DNA of 64,000 bases from Blastocystis sp. Blastoise (Eukaryota > Protista > Bigyra: Opalinata): assembly GCA_039096225.1 (NCBI GenBank), contig JBBPEB010000013.1:1426001-1490000 (forward strand), written 5' to 3'. Below, one piece after another: positions 12,933 through 27,746 of the stretch (within the stretch, counting starts at the first letter, position 1; each line of letters starts with the position of its first letter). Position numbers and translations under genes: made by a program. The notes under the pieces were generated by a model. It worked only from the letters and a program-made list of their open reading frames with translations, ran no database searches and was not told the origin of the DNA.

Positions 12933-14217
12933 TTGATTGAGTTCCACATGTTCTAGAAGCAAAGAATATAGATATAGAATAGGTGATTCCAGGAATAAGA
13001 CCTAATTTATCTGCATAATTCGTTATATTAATATGAGAACCAACTGGAGTATTATAACTATATATATAATAATAATATATAAAATATAATATATACCCTC
13101 CATAATCTAAGAATAAATGTTTATTAATAAAAACCCATAATCCATTATTCGTTTCAAAATCTATAAATTGATCTGTTCTATTCTCATATCTATATATATA
13201 ATAATAATATATAAATTTAAAATAATAATATACAAGAAGAATAGATTTGTTTTCATAGTAAACCAGCATTTCTTACCAATATATTCTTCTATTGAACTTA
13301 ATGCATATCCTCCTTTTACATCTGTTAAAGGAAAATAAGTAGGACTAGAAGATATAGAATATTATAGAATATATATATATATATACTAATTAAGTGTAAG
13401 AAGGTTTTTGGTACCCATAATACCAATAAGAGGAAAAGAGAAAGAATAAGAATTATTACTTTCTGTAAACCATGTATTGAATGTAGAATATGTAGATTTC
13501 ATAGATGCACTATAAAAAAAGAATAAAAATAAAATAAAAAATATAATATATATATACACAGGAAGATAATAATCATTGAGTTCTGATTCAACGAATCCAG
13601 TTTCTTTAGAACTTCCCCATTTCTGAAAGTCAGTATTCCCTTGGGGATCTAAGCAACATAATCGAGAAATCACTTCATTATTATGGAAATCATCAGTAAT
13701 ATCCTCTACGAAACAACATCCATCTCCTGCAGCAGTATAATCATAATAGGTACTCATTGTATATATTATAGCTATATAGAATTATATTCATTAATTATAT
13801 ATATATAAATATACAGAAATAGCAACAAAAGCTCGAATATTATTATCACCATAATCGTTCACTTTATCACATACTGTTTCTACTCTATCTACTTTTGAAT
13901 TTAAATTTGAATATATATATCTATATATATAATATAAAAATAATAAATATAATATAAAAAAATATACTTTGGATAATTTGAAGGTTGTTTTGTAATAAAA
14001 TTATTTGTATAATGAATAATACAATCACGAATACCAAATCATTTCTCATCTATATATATATATAATGCATAGATTCTATATACAAATATACAAATAAATA
14101 AATTCTTATATTAATAATTAAATTAAATACATATAAATAAACATATAAATAAACATATATATATATATACAAACTATTTTACAACTGATATCGTATTTGG
14201 TATTTGAAAATATCAGA
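12933..14217 (-). pseudogene. Fibro-slime (PA14-related) domain gene captured in the transposon, disrupted
   Basis: Spliced exons read DFQKW..TGFVESELNDYYLPV..STFNTWF..YFPL..WFTMKTNLFF.Y..FETNNGLWVFINKHLFLDYGG..KLGLIPGITYSISIFFASR, matching the fibro-slime pattern (F.GDDDVWVFIN.KL.IDLGG..LGL..G..Y..FFAER). Upstream exons contain in-frame TGA and TAA. Confidence 0.7.
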
Positions 14218-15270
14218 GAAACCACAAGATTCAAGAATGGAGTAAGAAATAACTTTTCTATATAATATATAAATTGAAAATATATATAAAATATGAATAG
14301 AGTAAATAAAAATCAAATGAATAATTTTGATAGGAAAAGAGAAAAAAGAGAAATGTGCCAATGCAATATAAAATTAAATAGATATATTTATATACGCTCT
14401 ATATTGTCTCGACTTGTTGTTTAGAAGAAGTACTGACGAGAATAACCAAGAAATCTAAGAGAATTAAAAAAGAAATGTAATAAAATACCTTATAATAAAT
14501 AAACCCACAAGTCTCTGTTATGGACCTTTCTAAAACTAGTCAAGGAGAATGTCTGAAAGGAAGAGGATATCCAGAATCGAAAACCTATAAGAATGACGTA
14601 AAACACTATGATAAATTTTATAAATAAATACTAACACATTATGAACACTGCTTAGAAACATCTATAATAACTGTAATCAGTTCTAATTTGTTCATATAAA
14701 CAACAAATTTAAAAATATATATATGAATTCATAATTCATTTCTAATTTTTCAAATTTTATCCTTTCTTAAAAAACCAGAAGTCTGTCTAAATTTTAAAAG
14801 TATGTCTAAAAAAAAGGCGAGAACGCTTTGGTGCGTTTTCGTTATCTAACGTGACCCAAAAATATATCTAACGCGAAAAACGTGCCTACTAGTGTATGTT
14901 ATTTGATAATGATTACATTTTCTTTTCTTTTTGTATATCATTCTCATTGTTTTATTGTCATTGATGTATATAATTATACCAGAGTTTATTTTGGAGAAAT
15001 GACTTTCTTGATGAAAAAAATATATATTTTTTAATTAATGAATAGTCATAAATTCATTTATGAAATTAGAGTAATCTATAAAAACATAACTTTAAAGTGA
15101 AAAATAATAATGTTGTTTGAGTTGAAACAATTATTACAACATGTAGAATATATGGAAAAATAGGTTTAAATGAAAATTATAATTATATATTAATAATGTA
15201 TGAATAAAAAAAATGTATTTATTAAACAATGGAATTGTTAAATGGACACCACATTATAATTTTATATAAA

Positions 15271-15870
15271 TTAATAGTTAGAAGATTTTTCTTCATCAGG
15301 AGAGACAACAATTGCATTCTTTGAAGAAGTTGTATTTGATTTGTATTCATTGTTTTGTAATGTTTGAATACTTGAAATATCTGTTGAGTTCGTTTTTGTT
15401 TCTTTCTCTTTTTGTTCATTTGATTGAGGTGAATTTTTGGTATATGTACATAACCATTGAGTGTAGTCACATTCTTTGATATCATCTTCAATAATTTTCT
15501 TTGCAATTTCTGGTTTTAAAGATAGAATTTGTGAATCAGAATAACCTAATGAAGATAACTGATTTTTCATATTTGCTGTTATCATAAAAGCAACTTTGGC
15601 AGTTTCTTTTTCTTTTTTACCATATTTCATTGTATCAATTGCATTAGATGTTTTATAAGAGATATTAGAATATGATTTAGCGATAAGTCTGTAAGTAAAA
15701 CTGTTTTTAGCAAGACAAAGCTTGTAATCTAGGAACGTATTTTTGACTATTCGTTTTTGAAGAGTATTAAACGTGGAGAAGAAACTAGAAGATCTAAAAC
15801 TTGATTTCACTATTTGTGGTTGTCTTACTATGATCGTTTTAATGAAAGAAAATGTGCATCGAAAAGACAT
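15271..15870 (-). CDS. Uncharacterised protein with a probable mitochondrial presequence
   Basis: Single-exon 199-aa ORF; Arg/Lys/Ser/Phe-rich N-terminus lacking acidic residues; compact helical motif KVAFMITANMKNQLSSLGYSDSQILSLKPEIAKKII. Confidence 0.7.
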   Translation of the reverse strand: MSFRCTFSFIKTIIVRQPQIVKSSFRSSSFFSTFNTLQKRIVKNTFLDYKLCLAKNSFTYRLIAKSYSNISYKTSNAIDTMKYGKKEKETAKVAFMITANMKNQLSSLGYSDSQILSLKPEIAKKIIEDDIKECDYTQWLCTYTKNSPQSNEQKEKETKTNSTDISSIQTLQNNEYKSNTTSSKNAIVVSPDEEKSSNY

Positions 15871-16239
15871 TTTTAATTCTTAATTAATAAAAGAAAAAGT
15901 GGATAGGAAAATTCTAAAAAAAAATAGAAATGTTTTTATGGGGAAAAAAGAATGTGGGAGAACTTATAAAACACCAACATTCTTTTACAATAATAAAGTT
16001 GATTTTTGTATTATATTTAATGGATATTTGTTTTTTAATAATTTGAAATAGAATGAAATAAAACAAAAAAATAAAATATCTTTAAAAAAAATAAAAAGAA
16101 ATCAATTGGATTAGACGACAAAACGATGACAAGTAATAAAATATAATATATTTAAACTAATCTACAACTTGTATGATGTATTTTTAAATACAATCAAACA
16201 ATCAAATAAAAAAATTTTGTAATATCTAAATGAATATTT

Positions 16240-17602
16240 TTACAAATTAAACCACCAGAAGAATCCACCAACAGCAACAATCAATACTACAATTAAGATA
16301 ATCATAACGATACACTTACATTTTCTATAAGTTAAATGTTTATTAAAATTTATAATAATAATAAATATTAATAACAATATTATAATGATTAATAATAATA
16401 CTATAATGATTAATAATAATAATAAATATAATAAATACCTATTCTTCTTGGCATTTTTGATAGCTTCTTCTAAGCTTTTATTGGCTTCTTTGACACTAGT
16501 ATGAGTTTTATCAATATTGACTTCAATTTTATCGATGAGACCTCCTTGTTCTTCTACAAGTGAAGCTAGATCCATGAACATTTGATTTACTTGTAACATA
16601 TTACGTTGAATATGTAGAATACTTTGATAAGTTTCTTCGACTTGTCTTACATTAGTTTTAATAGTACTATTCACATTACCCATCATGGCCTATAATACAC
16701 ATATATATATAAGACAGAATAGAGTCTGTTGTTAGTACAATAGCATATAAGACAATACACATGATAATAATATATAAATAATAAAGTATATAATAACAAG
16801 AACAATAGTAATATAACTTTATTCAATTAACTACATATATATATATATATATACCCCACGAATGGCATCCATGCCTTCTCCGCTATCAATGACTTTATCG
16901 ATATCCTCATCACTCTGATTTAAAATAGGCTTCAGCACACCTTTCAGGCGAGCCTTCACATTCTTATCGTATATACTCTATTTATAAAATATATATATAA
17001 CAATATATAATAAATATAAATATATAATAAATATAAATATAAATATAAATATATAATAAATATATAATAAATATATAATAAATATAAATATATAATAAAT
17101 ATACTTGAGCTTCGTTGAATTCCTGAACACAATGGGCAAACTTACGAATAGATGTATCTAATACGTTCTTCTTTAATCTAATAATATGGTTAATATACAA
17201 TTAAAAAAGTAAAAAGAAATATAATAATAATAATATATATTAAAAAAACTAATAAATTCAAAAACAAAATAGAAAATAAATACTTATAGTCGTGAGATTC
17301 AGCAGGAGGATTTGCAGGTAATGATTTCTTTAAGGCATCTAATAATGTTTTGGAATCTTTGATTTTTTGAGAGGAGACATCAATTAACTCTTTAACAGTA
17401 TCAGTAGGGACATCATCTAAAGAAATATTTGCATTCTGGGCATAAGCATTAATTTTTTCAGTAACAACTTTGACTTCTTCAATAACGACATCAATTGTAC
17501 GAACATTTGAAAGAAATGTTGCTACAGGAATCTCTTTATTGATTGATGGTATTCTAATCAGATAGACTAATGTATTATGCAAACATACTCAATGGCAGCC
17601 AT
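16240..17602 (-). CDS. Syntaxin (Qa-SNARE, plasma-membrane type)
   Basis: Habc region, SNARE motif ILHIQRNMLQVNQMFMDLASLVEEQGGLIDKIEVNI and C-terminal TM IVMIILIVVLIVAVGGFFWWF; ATG at 17602; multiple GT-AG introns. Confidence 0.9.
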
Positions 17603-18024
17603 GCTATTATAGAATAAAGTAATAAAAACGTAATTACATTAAAAACATTACACGCAAGAAATCTTCATGAAAATTTTTGATATTTTAGTGAAAATATGAA
17701 ATTAATCTCGATTTTAACTGGATACTTTTGTGTTTTTTAAATTGTTTCGAGAATGAATAGATTATGTATTCAACAAGAAACAAGAGTAGATAGATTAAAC
17801 AAAATGTTTATGAAAAACCTTTGATTGAAAAATATCATGAAAAGGATAGATTAAGGAATCTAACACAACACCGAAAAGCTTAAAATACTAAAATAGAATC
17901 AATAAAAGAACATAAAGTATTAGAAAATCAGAAACAAAGATAGATAAAAAAAACAGATACTAAAAGAAAAGTACGATAAAATCTTTAAATGATAAATTGA
18001 TTATAAAGAGAATTAAAAAAACCT

Positions 18025-20465
18025 TTATACTTCAATTGACATTTCATTCAATTTACTACATGCTATGTTATAGAGATCTATTAGTTCTTCGTCATAACAC
18101 TCTAATATTTTAGCTACTTCTTCTTGTGTAAATAACGAAGCATCAGTACAGAAAGTAACATACACCTATAGAGTATTTAAATATTTATATAAGGTGAAAA
18201 AAAGAGAGTAAAAAAAAAATGTGATAGAGAAAATATATATGTAAATTATTAATATTTATAATATATATATAATATAGGTATATAATTATATAAATATAAA
18301 AAATAAATAAATTATATATAAATAAGGAAATGATTAAAAAAAATAAATATATATATCAAAAAAGAAGAAAATGACATAGTTGATGAATAATAAAAAAAGT
18401 GCTTACCATATTATTGTAAGATGTTAATGTACAAAAAGTATGAATGGAAGCTGTAGGAGGAACAGAGAAAATAACATCGTTGATAACAGTATCCATCAAA
18501 CGAATAGTATTATTAGAAGCAGGAACAGTAGATAAGGAAATAGAACTTATACGAGTCAAATTTTCAAACATAGAGTTAGCCATACCTCTAGGCAAAGAGC
18601 CAATTAATCTCATAGCATGATTAACACAGATAGGTTCAGCAGATTTCCCTTTATGATGTATTTCCTTAGTTAATAACTCAAGACGTTCCCAACTATTTCC
18701 TGCTTTGAATGGCAACGAAAGAATCAATAATGACAAACCTATATAGTAAGAGGACAAATAATATGACTTAAATAAAACAATATACGTGAAAAGTATATAT
18801 ATAATATTCATATAATTATGATTGATAACAAAAGGATAATTTAAAAAAATGAAATATTTGAAATAGATATATGAATTACTGTCAAAGAAGATATATATAT
18901 AAATACTTTTATTTCCATAAACAGTATTAACCTTATCATCAGCAATAGGAGTATAGAAAGTTTGAATTGGCTTCATAGACATCCATAGATAACCATGAAT
19001 TTTCTGTTTTTCGTTGAAAGAAATATCTTTATTATCAAAGAATCGTCTTAACGCACCGACAATACAACTGGATAAAACATCATTAACTGAATACCCTAGT
19101 TGTTTGAAATGCTAAATATATATATATGTATATATATATGTATATATTCATAATTAAAGTTTTAATAATAATAAATTAAATGAAAGAAAGAGTGAGTATG
19201 TATGTATGACTAATGAAATAAAGTATACTTTGATTTTATCAACAGAAATAGACATTTTTTTGTAATCACAAATTCTAGGATCCATAATTTTCATGTCATC
19301 TGGAGTTTTAATTGGATTCACTTGATCATGAGGATATGAAAGAAGTTTGAAGAAAGTAGGTAAGTAAAAGAAGAATCGTTTAAAGCCATTTATATGAATA
19401 GAAGGAGGAGCAGGAATAGATTTAAGAGAGGAAACAGAAGGAATAGGAGAAGAAGAAGGAATAGGAGAAGAAGAAGGAATAGGAGAAGGATAGGGAGATT
19501 TTATTGGCATTGTCTATAGAGAATTATATAAATATAGATGAAAATAAAATATATGAATATATATTAAAAATAAATGAATATATATTATAGAAACAAATGA
19601 ATATATATTAAAAATAAATGAATATATTTAAAAACATATCATATATATATATATATATATATATAAAATGAATATATTTAAAAACATATGAATATATATT
19701 AAAAATATATGAATATATTAAAAAAAACAAGTGAATACAATAAATACTTACTTGATAAAAATCACTAGCTTTGAAAATGAGTCTTAAGAAAGAAAAACCA
19801 TCAGCTAAGCAATGATGATAACGTAAATACATTACTGACTTTGTATTCCCTTCTGTATCAATGACATTATCAAAATAATACACTTTCCAAAGTGGACGAT
19901 CATATTCAAGAGGAACCTATATAGAAAAAAAGTGAGAAATGACACAGTCTTTTATGGAATAGATGAACAACAAAAAAGAAATAATATTAAAAATAATTAT
20001 TTAATTTTAAAAAATCAAATATATATATACATTGACATGCTGCTGAAAGAATATCTTGATATCATTCATAGTAACAGGATCAGGCATTTCGACAATATGT
20101 CGTTCAATAGAAAAGTCTGGATCTTTCTCCATGTAACTCCAGAGGAAACTACGTTTAATAACTCGATTTGTCCAAATGTGATTCTTTAAAAAGAAAGAGT
20201 TCCATAAGTCTTTAATCTTGTTTGCTGTTAGTTTTTCTCTAAAATTGAACATTAAGTTAACTACAGCTGAAGGTCCAATCACAGGAGCAGTTAACCAGTT
20301 TGTTGCAACACCGTCAAGATACCAAATATTCTAAAAATATAAAAACAAATAAGAACTGACTAAAATAACATTTACTCGACTTCGAACAAAAAACACAACT
20401 AAGAACGCAAGCACAAGACCTCCACAAACTCCACCAGCAATACCAGCAATAATATAGAAAAACAT
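18025..20465 (-). CDS. Wax ester synthase/diacylglycerol acyltransferase (WS/DGAT)-like protein with N-terminal membrane anchor
   Basis: PDFSIERHI, RPLWKVYY, catalytic RYHHCLADGFS (HHxxxDG), SVNDVLSSCIVGALRRF, C-terminal STVP..TLTSYNNM..TD; hydrophobic N-terminus MFFYIIAGIAGGVCGGLVLAFLVVFF. Confidence 0.82.
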
Positions 20466-21463
20466 TTTTTCTGTTGATTTTGCAAGAAAATAGCCTATTT
20501 AATAATAAATTAACTTTGAAAACAAAATTTGAATTGTATATCACTTAAATAAATGATGTAAATTAGAATCATTATCCAAACACAAATTGTTATCCGTTTC
20601 AATAACAATTTTCTCCCATTCAATGACATCGAATAGTAGTCATTTTATGTAAATATACGCTTCCCCATGGGAATATTTAAATAATATCAATAAAAAAATA
20701 TCTTTTCACGGTTATTATCTTCTTTGCTTTTATTGAATCCTCCATGCAAATAAATAGTCCAACCTTGATAATCAGTATTTAGTTATTGTTCATTTATATA
20801 TCAACTTTATGAATCTGGATCAATTTTATTTTGCTATATGATCTTTAATAAAAAAAAATAATAATAATGATTTTTCTAAAGTATTAACTGATCTAATTAG
20901 ATTTCAAGTGTATTTACTATTGAAATGAAAACTAAATATAAATTGATTTATCGGACTAATAAGATAATGAGTAATAGATGTGAAGATATGCACATATACG
21001 TAAACAGTCATTACTTAAAGAAAATTGATAATGAGGTTTTATAAAATAGTATAATTATCTTATTAGTTATATGAATGTGTGTATATTTTTTTAAAATAAT
21101 TAAAATAAAAAAGACTACCAAAACCATCAAGACATATTAAAGAAATGTGAGATTCACTATTTAAAATCGTCAAGCAATATTAATATAATTTCATGATGAT
21201 AATACGATGCTAATTTCTTGTTTTTTTTAGATATAAGATGATACAACATATAAAAAGTAATAATTAAATAACGACTTGAATACTTTTCGTTTTATAGAGA
21301 ATATCATCAAAAAAACATGGAAATTCAAAAGTTTCTCTTAAGTGAAAAAATAAAATTTGAGTGTCTTAAGTATAAGAAACCGTGATTTTGAAGCTTATTC
21401 ATCATACAGGACAAAAAATAAAAATTTTATGTATTTGATCTTTTCTAGTGAAGTATATAAGAA

Positions 21464-21721
21464 ATGTTTGCTACATTCTTCCGTGCCTCAAGAAACATCG
21501 TCTCTAAGAACACTGTTGCTGTTATGAAACGTCAATTTGCTCAAAAGGCTTCTGCTGAGTATGGTGGCTTTGTACCCCCTCACGTAGCTTCTTGGCATAA
21601 AAATGTAGGTATTGCCTGTGAAACTGTCATGTGGCTTTGGGTATTCTACAGACTGAAGAAGGACTACAAGTCTTTTTTCAATATGGAACATCCTTGGGAA
21701 GCTCATCATGAAGAACATTAA
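21464..21721 (+). CDS. NDUFB2: NADH:ubiquinone oxidoreductase accessory subunit NDUFB2 (AGGG)
   Basis: Presequence MFATFFRASRN..KRQF, then PPHVASWHKNVG..VMWLWVFYRLKKD..HPWE with a His-rich tail, the NDUFB2 pattern. Confidence 0.8.
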   Translation: MFATFFRASRNIVSKNTVAVMKRQFAQKASAEYGGFVPPHVASWHKNVGIACETVMWLWVFYRLKKDYKSFFNMEHPWEAHHEEH

Positions 21722-21883
21722 ACTATTTTTTTCAATATTTTTTAAAAACTCAACATATATTTATTTATTGTAATGTAGCCCTTATTCAATATCTTGTTGT
21801 GTATGTTTGAAATGGTCTCAAAACAACTATTTTAAAGATATATATCTATTCTTACATGTAAAAAACACTATTTTAATGAAGTT

Positions 21884-22328
21884 TTATTCATTATCAACAA
21901 CTTTAGATAATTCATTTATTTTTTCAGTGTTTGCATCTTTCTATATATATATTATTTACTTCGTATATACTAAAAAGATACATCAGTAACAAGTTGTTGT
22001 AAGCCATCTTCAATTTCAGATATTTTTGATTCCATATTATCAACTAAACATATGCATATATTATAATAGATGATATGCAGATTACTATGAACATACTTTT
22101 AGAAAGAATTGAATTCGCAAATTCGTCATATTGTTTTAACTAAGAAATAAATGAAATACTGAGTGAATAAAGTATATACTAAACCTCCAAGAAGTTGATT
22201 GATCTATATAATGAAAATAAATATGAATTTACAAGACATACTTGATCAGGATTAAAATCTGCAGTTTCTGTTTTGGTGATATCTGAATCAGACTATATTC
22301 ATAAATTGAATGAAGAAAGAAATACCAT
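21884..22328 (-). CDS. HSBP1: Heat shock factor binding protein 1-like (about 6 small exons; absent from the ORF track)
   Basis: Spliced MSDSDITKTETADFNPDQINQLLGGLLKQYDEFANSILSKIDNMESKISEIEDGLQQLVTD aligns with the HSBP1 coiled coil ([31 protein letters not shown]). The last exon is uncertain (alternative stop at 21970). Confidence 0.72.
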
Positions 22329-22409
22329 TGTTATTGAGATCAACAAAGAAAAAGTTAAGAAATAAAAATTTCGAAAAATAAAGAATTGTTTTGACTTTCA
22401 AGGTGGAAA

Positions 22410-24927
<2,518 letters not shown>

Positions 24928-25192
24928 TTTATTATTTATTATAAAAACAAGAAATCATAATATACTCATTTATTCTACACATAATTATCATAGAATCAAC
25001 AATGTTTTAAAAATTTGTTTCTGTGTTTCGTTCAAATAGAAACTTTTATACCCTAGTAAACATCAAATACATTATTCTGATGAAATATATAATCTCAAAT
25101 AGGCAAGAACCATCAAGTACTTGTTATATTAAAATTCTAAAAGAAGACAGTCGTTGTATTCTTTGTTCCTTTGGAACACAAAACAACATGAA

Positions 25193-25207
25193 CGAAGTTT
25201 CTAGAAA
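25193..25207. promoter_or_regulatory. Heat shock element (three inverted nGAAn units) upstream of HSP70
   Basis: cGAAg-tTTCt-aGAAa about 300 bp before the HSP70 ATG; two-unit sites at 25225-25234 and 25366-25375. Confidence 0.75.
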
Positions 25208-25496
25208 CTAGAAAAATTTTGCTCAGAATATTCGTTATTTCTATATACTTCTAGATTTTTGTTTCTATTCACGAATAAAAGAAAAAGGATGGTGATAAAT
25301 AGGTAATAATTGTGGGAGGAATATTTTTTTTCTATTATAAGGAAATAAAGAAAAATTTCTATTCCATTCTAGAAATAGGATAAAAAAGAATGAGTTGAAG
25401 AAATAAGTCATAAATTATTTAATATTAAAAAATAATAATAATAAATAGCTATTAAAGCTAACAAAAAAATAGTTGATTTATAAATAAATATAATAA

Positions 25497-27494
25497 ATGA
25501 GCAAGGTTACTGGTGAATCTGTGGGTATCGATTTAGGTACTACTTATTCTTGCGTTGGTGTTTGGCAAAATGAGCGTGTAGAGATTATTGCTAACGATCA
25601 AGGTCAAAGAACTACTCCTTCTTATGTAGCTTTTACTGATACAGAGCGTTTAATTGGTGATGCTGCTAAGAATCAAGTTGCTATGAATCCTGAAAATACA
25701 GTTTTTGATGCTAAGCGTCTTATTGGTCGTAAATTTGATGATCCTTCAGTTCAATCTGATATGAAACATTGGCCTTTTAAGCTTTATTCTGGTGCTGATG
25801 GTAAGCCTACTATTGAAGTTACTTATAAAGGTGAAAAGAAGACTTTTTCTGCTGAAGAGATTTCTTCTATGGTTTTAACAAAGATGAAACAAATTGCTGA
25901 AGCTTATATTGGTAAGGAAGTAAAGAATGCTGTCGTTACTGTTCCTGCTTATTTCAATGATTCTCAAAGACAAGCTACAAAAGATGCTGGAGCTATTGCT
26001 GGTCTTAATGTTATGCGTATTATAAATGAACCTACTGCTGCTGCTATTGCTTATGGTTTAGATAAGAAAGAAGGTGAAAAGAATATTCTTATTTTTGATC
26101 TTGGTGGTGGTACCTTTGATGTATCTTTATTATCTATTGAAGATGGTATTTTTGAAGTTAAAGCTACTGCTGGTGATACTCACTTAGGTGGTGAAGATTT
26201 TGATAATAGATTAGTTGAATATTTTGTACGTGAATTCCAAAGAAAGAATAATAAAGATATTTCATCTAATCAACGTGCTCTTCGTCGTTTAAGAACTAGT
26301 TGTGAACGTGCTAAGAGAACTCTTTCTTCTAGTACTCAAGCTTATATAGAAATAGATTCTCTTTTTGAAGGTATTGATTTTAATTCTCAAATTACTCGTG
26401 CTCGTTTTGAAGAATTAAATATGGATTATTTCCGTAAGACTATGGGTCCTGTAGAGAAAGTTCTTCGTGATTCAAAGTTATCAAAGAGTGAAGTTGATGA
26501 AGTTGTTTTAGTTGGTGGTTCTTCTCGTATTCCTAAAGTACAACAAATGTTAAAGGAATTCTTTAATGGTAAAGAACTTTGTCAATCAATTAATCCTGAT
26601 GAAGCTGTTGCTTATGGTGCTACTGTTCAAGCTGCTATTCTTTCTGGTTCTGGTGCTGGTTCAAAACTTGATGAATTATTACTTCTTGATGTTGCTCCTC
26701 TTTCTCTTGGTATTGAAACTGCTGGTGGTGTTATGACTCCTCTTATTCCTCGTAATACTACTATTCCTACTAAAAAGAGTCAGATATTCTCTACTTATGC
26801 TGATAATCAACCTGGTGTTTTAATTCAAGTATTTGAAGGTGAACGATCTATGACTAAAGATAATAATTTACTTGGTAAATTCCATTTAGATGGTATTCCA
26901 CCTATGCCTCGTGGTGTTCCTCAAATTGAAGTTACTTTCGATATTGATGCTAATGGTATTCTTAATGTTACTGCTGTTGAAAAGAGTACTAATAAGGAAA
27001 ATAAGATTACTATTAAGAATGATAAGGGTAGATTATCTGCTGATGAAATTGAAAGAATGGTTCAAGAAGCTGAGAAATTCAAAGCTGAAGATGAAGCTAA
27101 TAAATCTCGTATTGAAGCTAAGAATGGAGTTGAAAATTATATTTTCTCTGTACGTAATAGTTTAAATGAACCTTCTCTTCAAGGTAAGATTCCTGAAGAA
27201 GATAAGAAGAAGATTGAAAAGATTATTGATGATGCTAATGCTTGGCTTGATGATCATCCTGCTGCTGAAAAAGAAGAATATGAAGAAAAACAAAAAGCTC
27301 TTGAAAAAGAAATTATGCCTATTTTCTCTAAATTAGCTGGTGGTGCTCAAGGTGCTCCTGGTGCTTCTGGTGCTTCTGGTCCTATGCCTGGTATGGGAGG
27401 TATGGGAGGTATGCCTAATATGGGTGCTTCTGCTCCTAATGCTGGTGCTTCTAGTACTCCTGATGATGGTCCTCATATTGAAGAAGTTGATTAA
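25497..27494 (+). CDS. HSP70: Cytosolic heat shock protein 70, intronless
   Basis: 665-aa ORF with [25 protein letters not shown]-type repeats and C-terminal GPHIEEVD. Confidence 0.98.
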   Translation: MSKVTGESVGIDLGTTYSCVGVWQNERVEIIANDQGQRTTPSYVAFTDTERLIGDAAKNQVAMNPENTVFDAKRLIGRKFDDPSVQSDMKHWPFKLYSGADGKPTIEVTYKGEKKTFSAEEISSMVLTKMKQIAEAYIGKEVKNAVVTVPAYFNDSQRQATKDAGAIAGLNVMRIINEPTAAAIAYGLDKKEGEKNILIFDLGGGTFDVSLLSIEDGIFEVKATAGDTHLGGEDFDNRLVEYFVREFQRKNNKDISSNQRALRRLRTSCERAKRTLSSSTQAYIEIDSLFEGIDFNSQITRARFEELNMDYFRKTMGPVEKVLRDSKLSKSEVDEVVLVGGSSRIPKVQQMLKEFFNGKELCQSINPDEAVAYGATVQAAILSGSGAGSKLDELLLLDVAPLSLGIETAGGVMTPLIPRNTTIPTKKSQIFSTYADNQPGVLIQVFEGERSMTKDNNLLGKFHLDGIPPMPRGVPQIEVTFDIDANGILNVTAVEKSTNKENKITIKNDKGRLSADEIERMVQEAEKFKAEDEANKSRIEAKNGVENYIFSVRNSLNEPSLQGKIPEEDKKKIEKIIDDANAWLDDHPAAEKEEYEEKQKALEKEIMPIFSKLAGGAQGAPGASGASGPMPGMGGMGGMPNMGASAPNAGASSTPDDGPHIEEVD

Positions 27495-27746
27495 TCCTTT
27501 TTGATATAGTTCTATTTATTTTTAAAATATAAATGTTTTCTATTCATTTTCGTTTTTCGCCTTTTTCTATTGCATTGTATTATATTATTCTTGGGTTTTA
27601 TTATCATTTTTAGAGTACTTTAAAAATATTTTCATTTATTTCTTTTGTTTTGTTAGTTTTTTTAAAATTTTTATAATTCTTATTATAAATAAATAAGCTT
27701 TTAAATGAAAAGAAAAAGAAAACAAAATAATTATTTTTTATGAATA

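Larger units (their letters stand above)
7300..14894. mobile_element. CACTA (En/Spm) DNA transposon, about 7.6 kb, decayed, carrying captured gene fragments
   Basis: Perfect 12-bp TIRs CACTAGTAGGCA (7300-7311) and TGCCTACTAGTG (14883-14894). 3-bp TSD TAT (7297-7299, 14895-14897). Repeated subterminal TATCTAA(C) motifs at both ends. Internal transposase remnant. Confidence 0.85.

Noticed and set aside
9277-14217. Stop-codon reassignment suggested by in-frame TAA/TAG/TGA
   Set aside because: Confined to the transposon and accompanied by frameshifts; intact genes end in TAA and the 9,900-codon ORF has no internal stops.
14817-14894. Helitron 3-prime end (CTAG followed by T, with upstream inverted sequence)
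   Set aside because: The CTAG is part of a 12-bp TIR matching 7300-7311 with a 3-bp TSD, which fits CACTA better; there is no compact Helitron hairpin.
21941-21981. Second U12 intron in HSBP1 (donor GTATCTTTT)
   Set aside because: Donor mismatches GTATCCTT, there is no CCTTAAC branch site, and the acceptor is the ordinary TATATAG.
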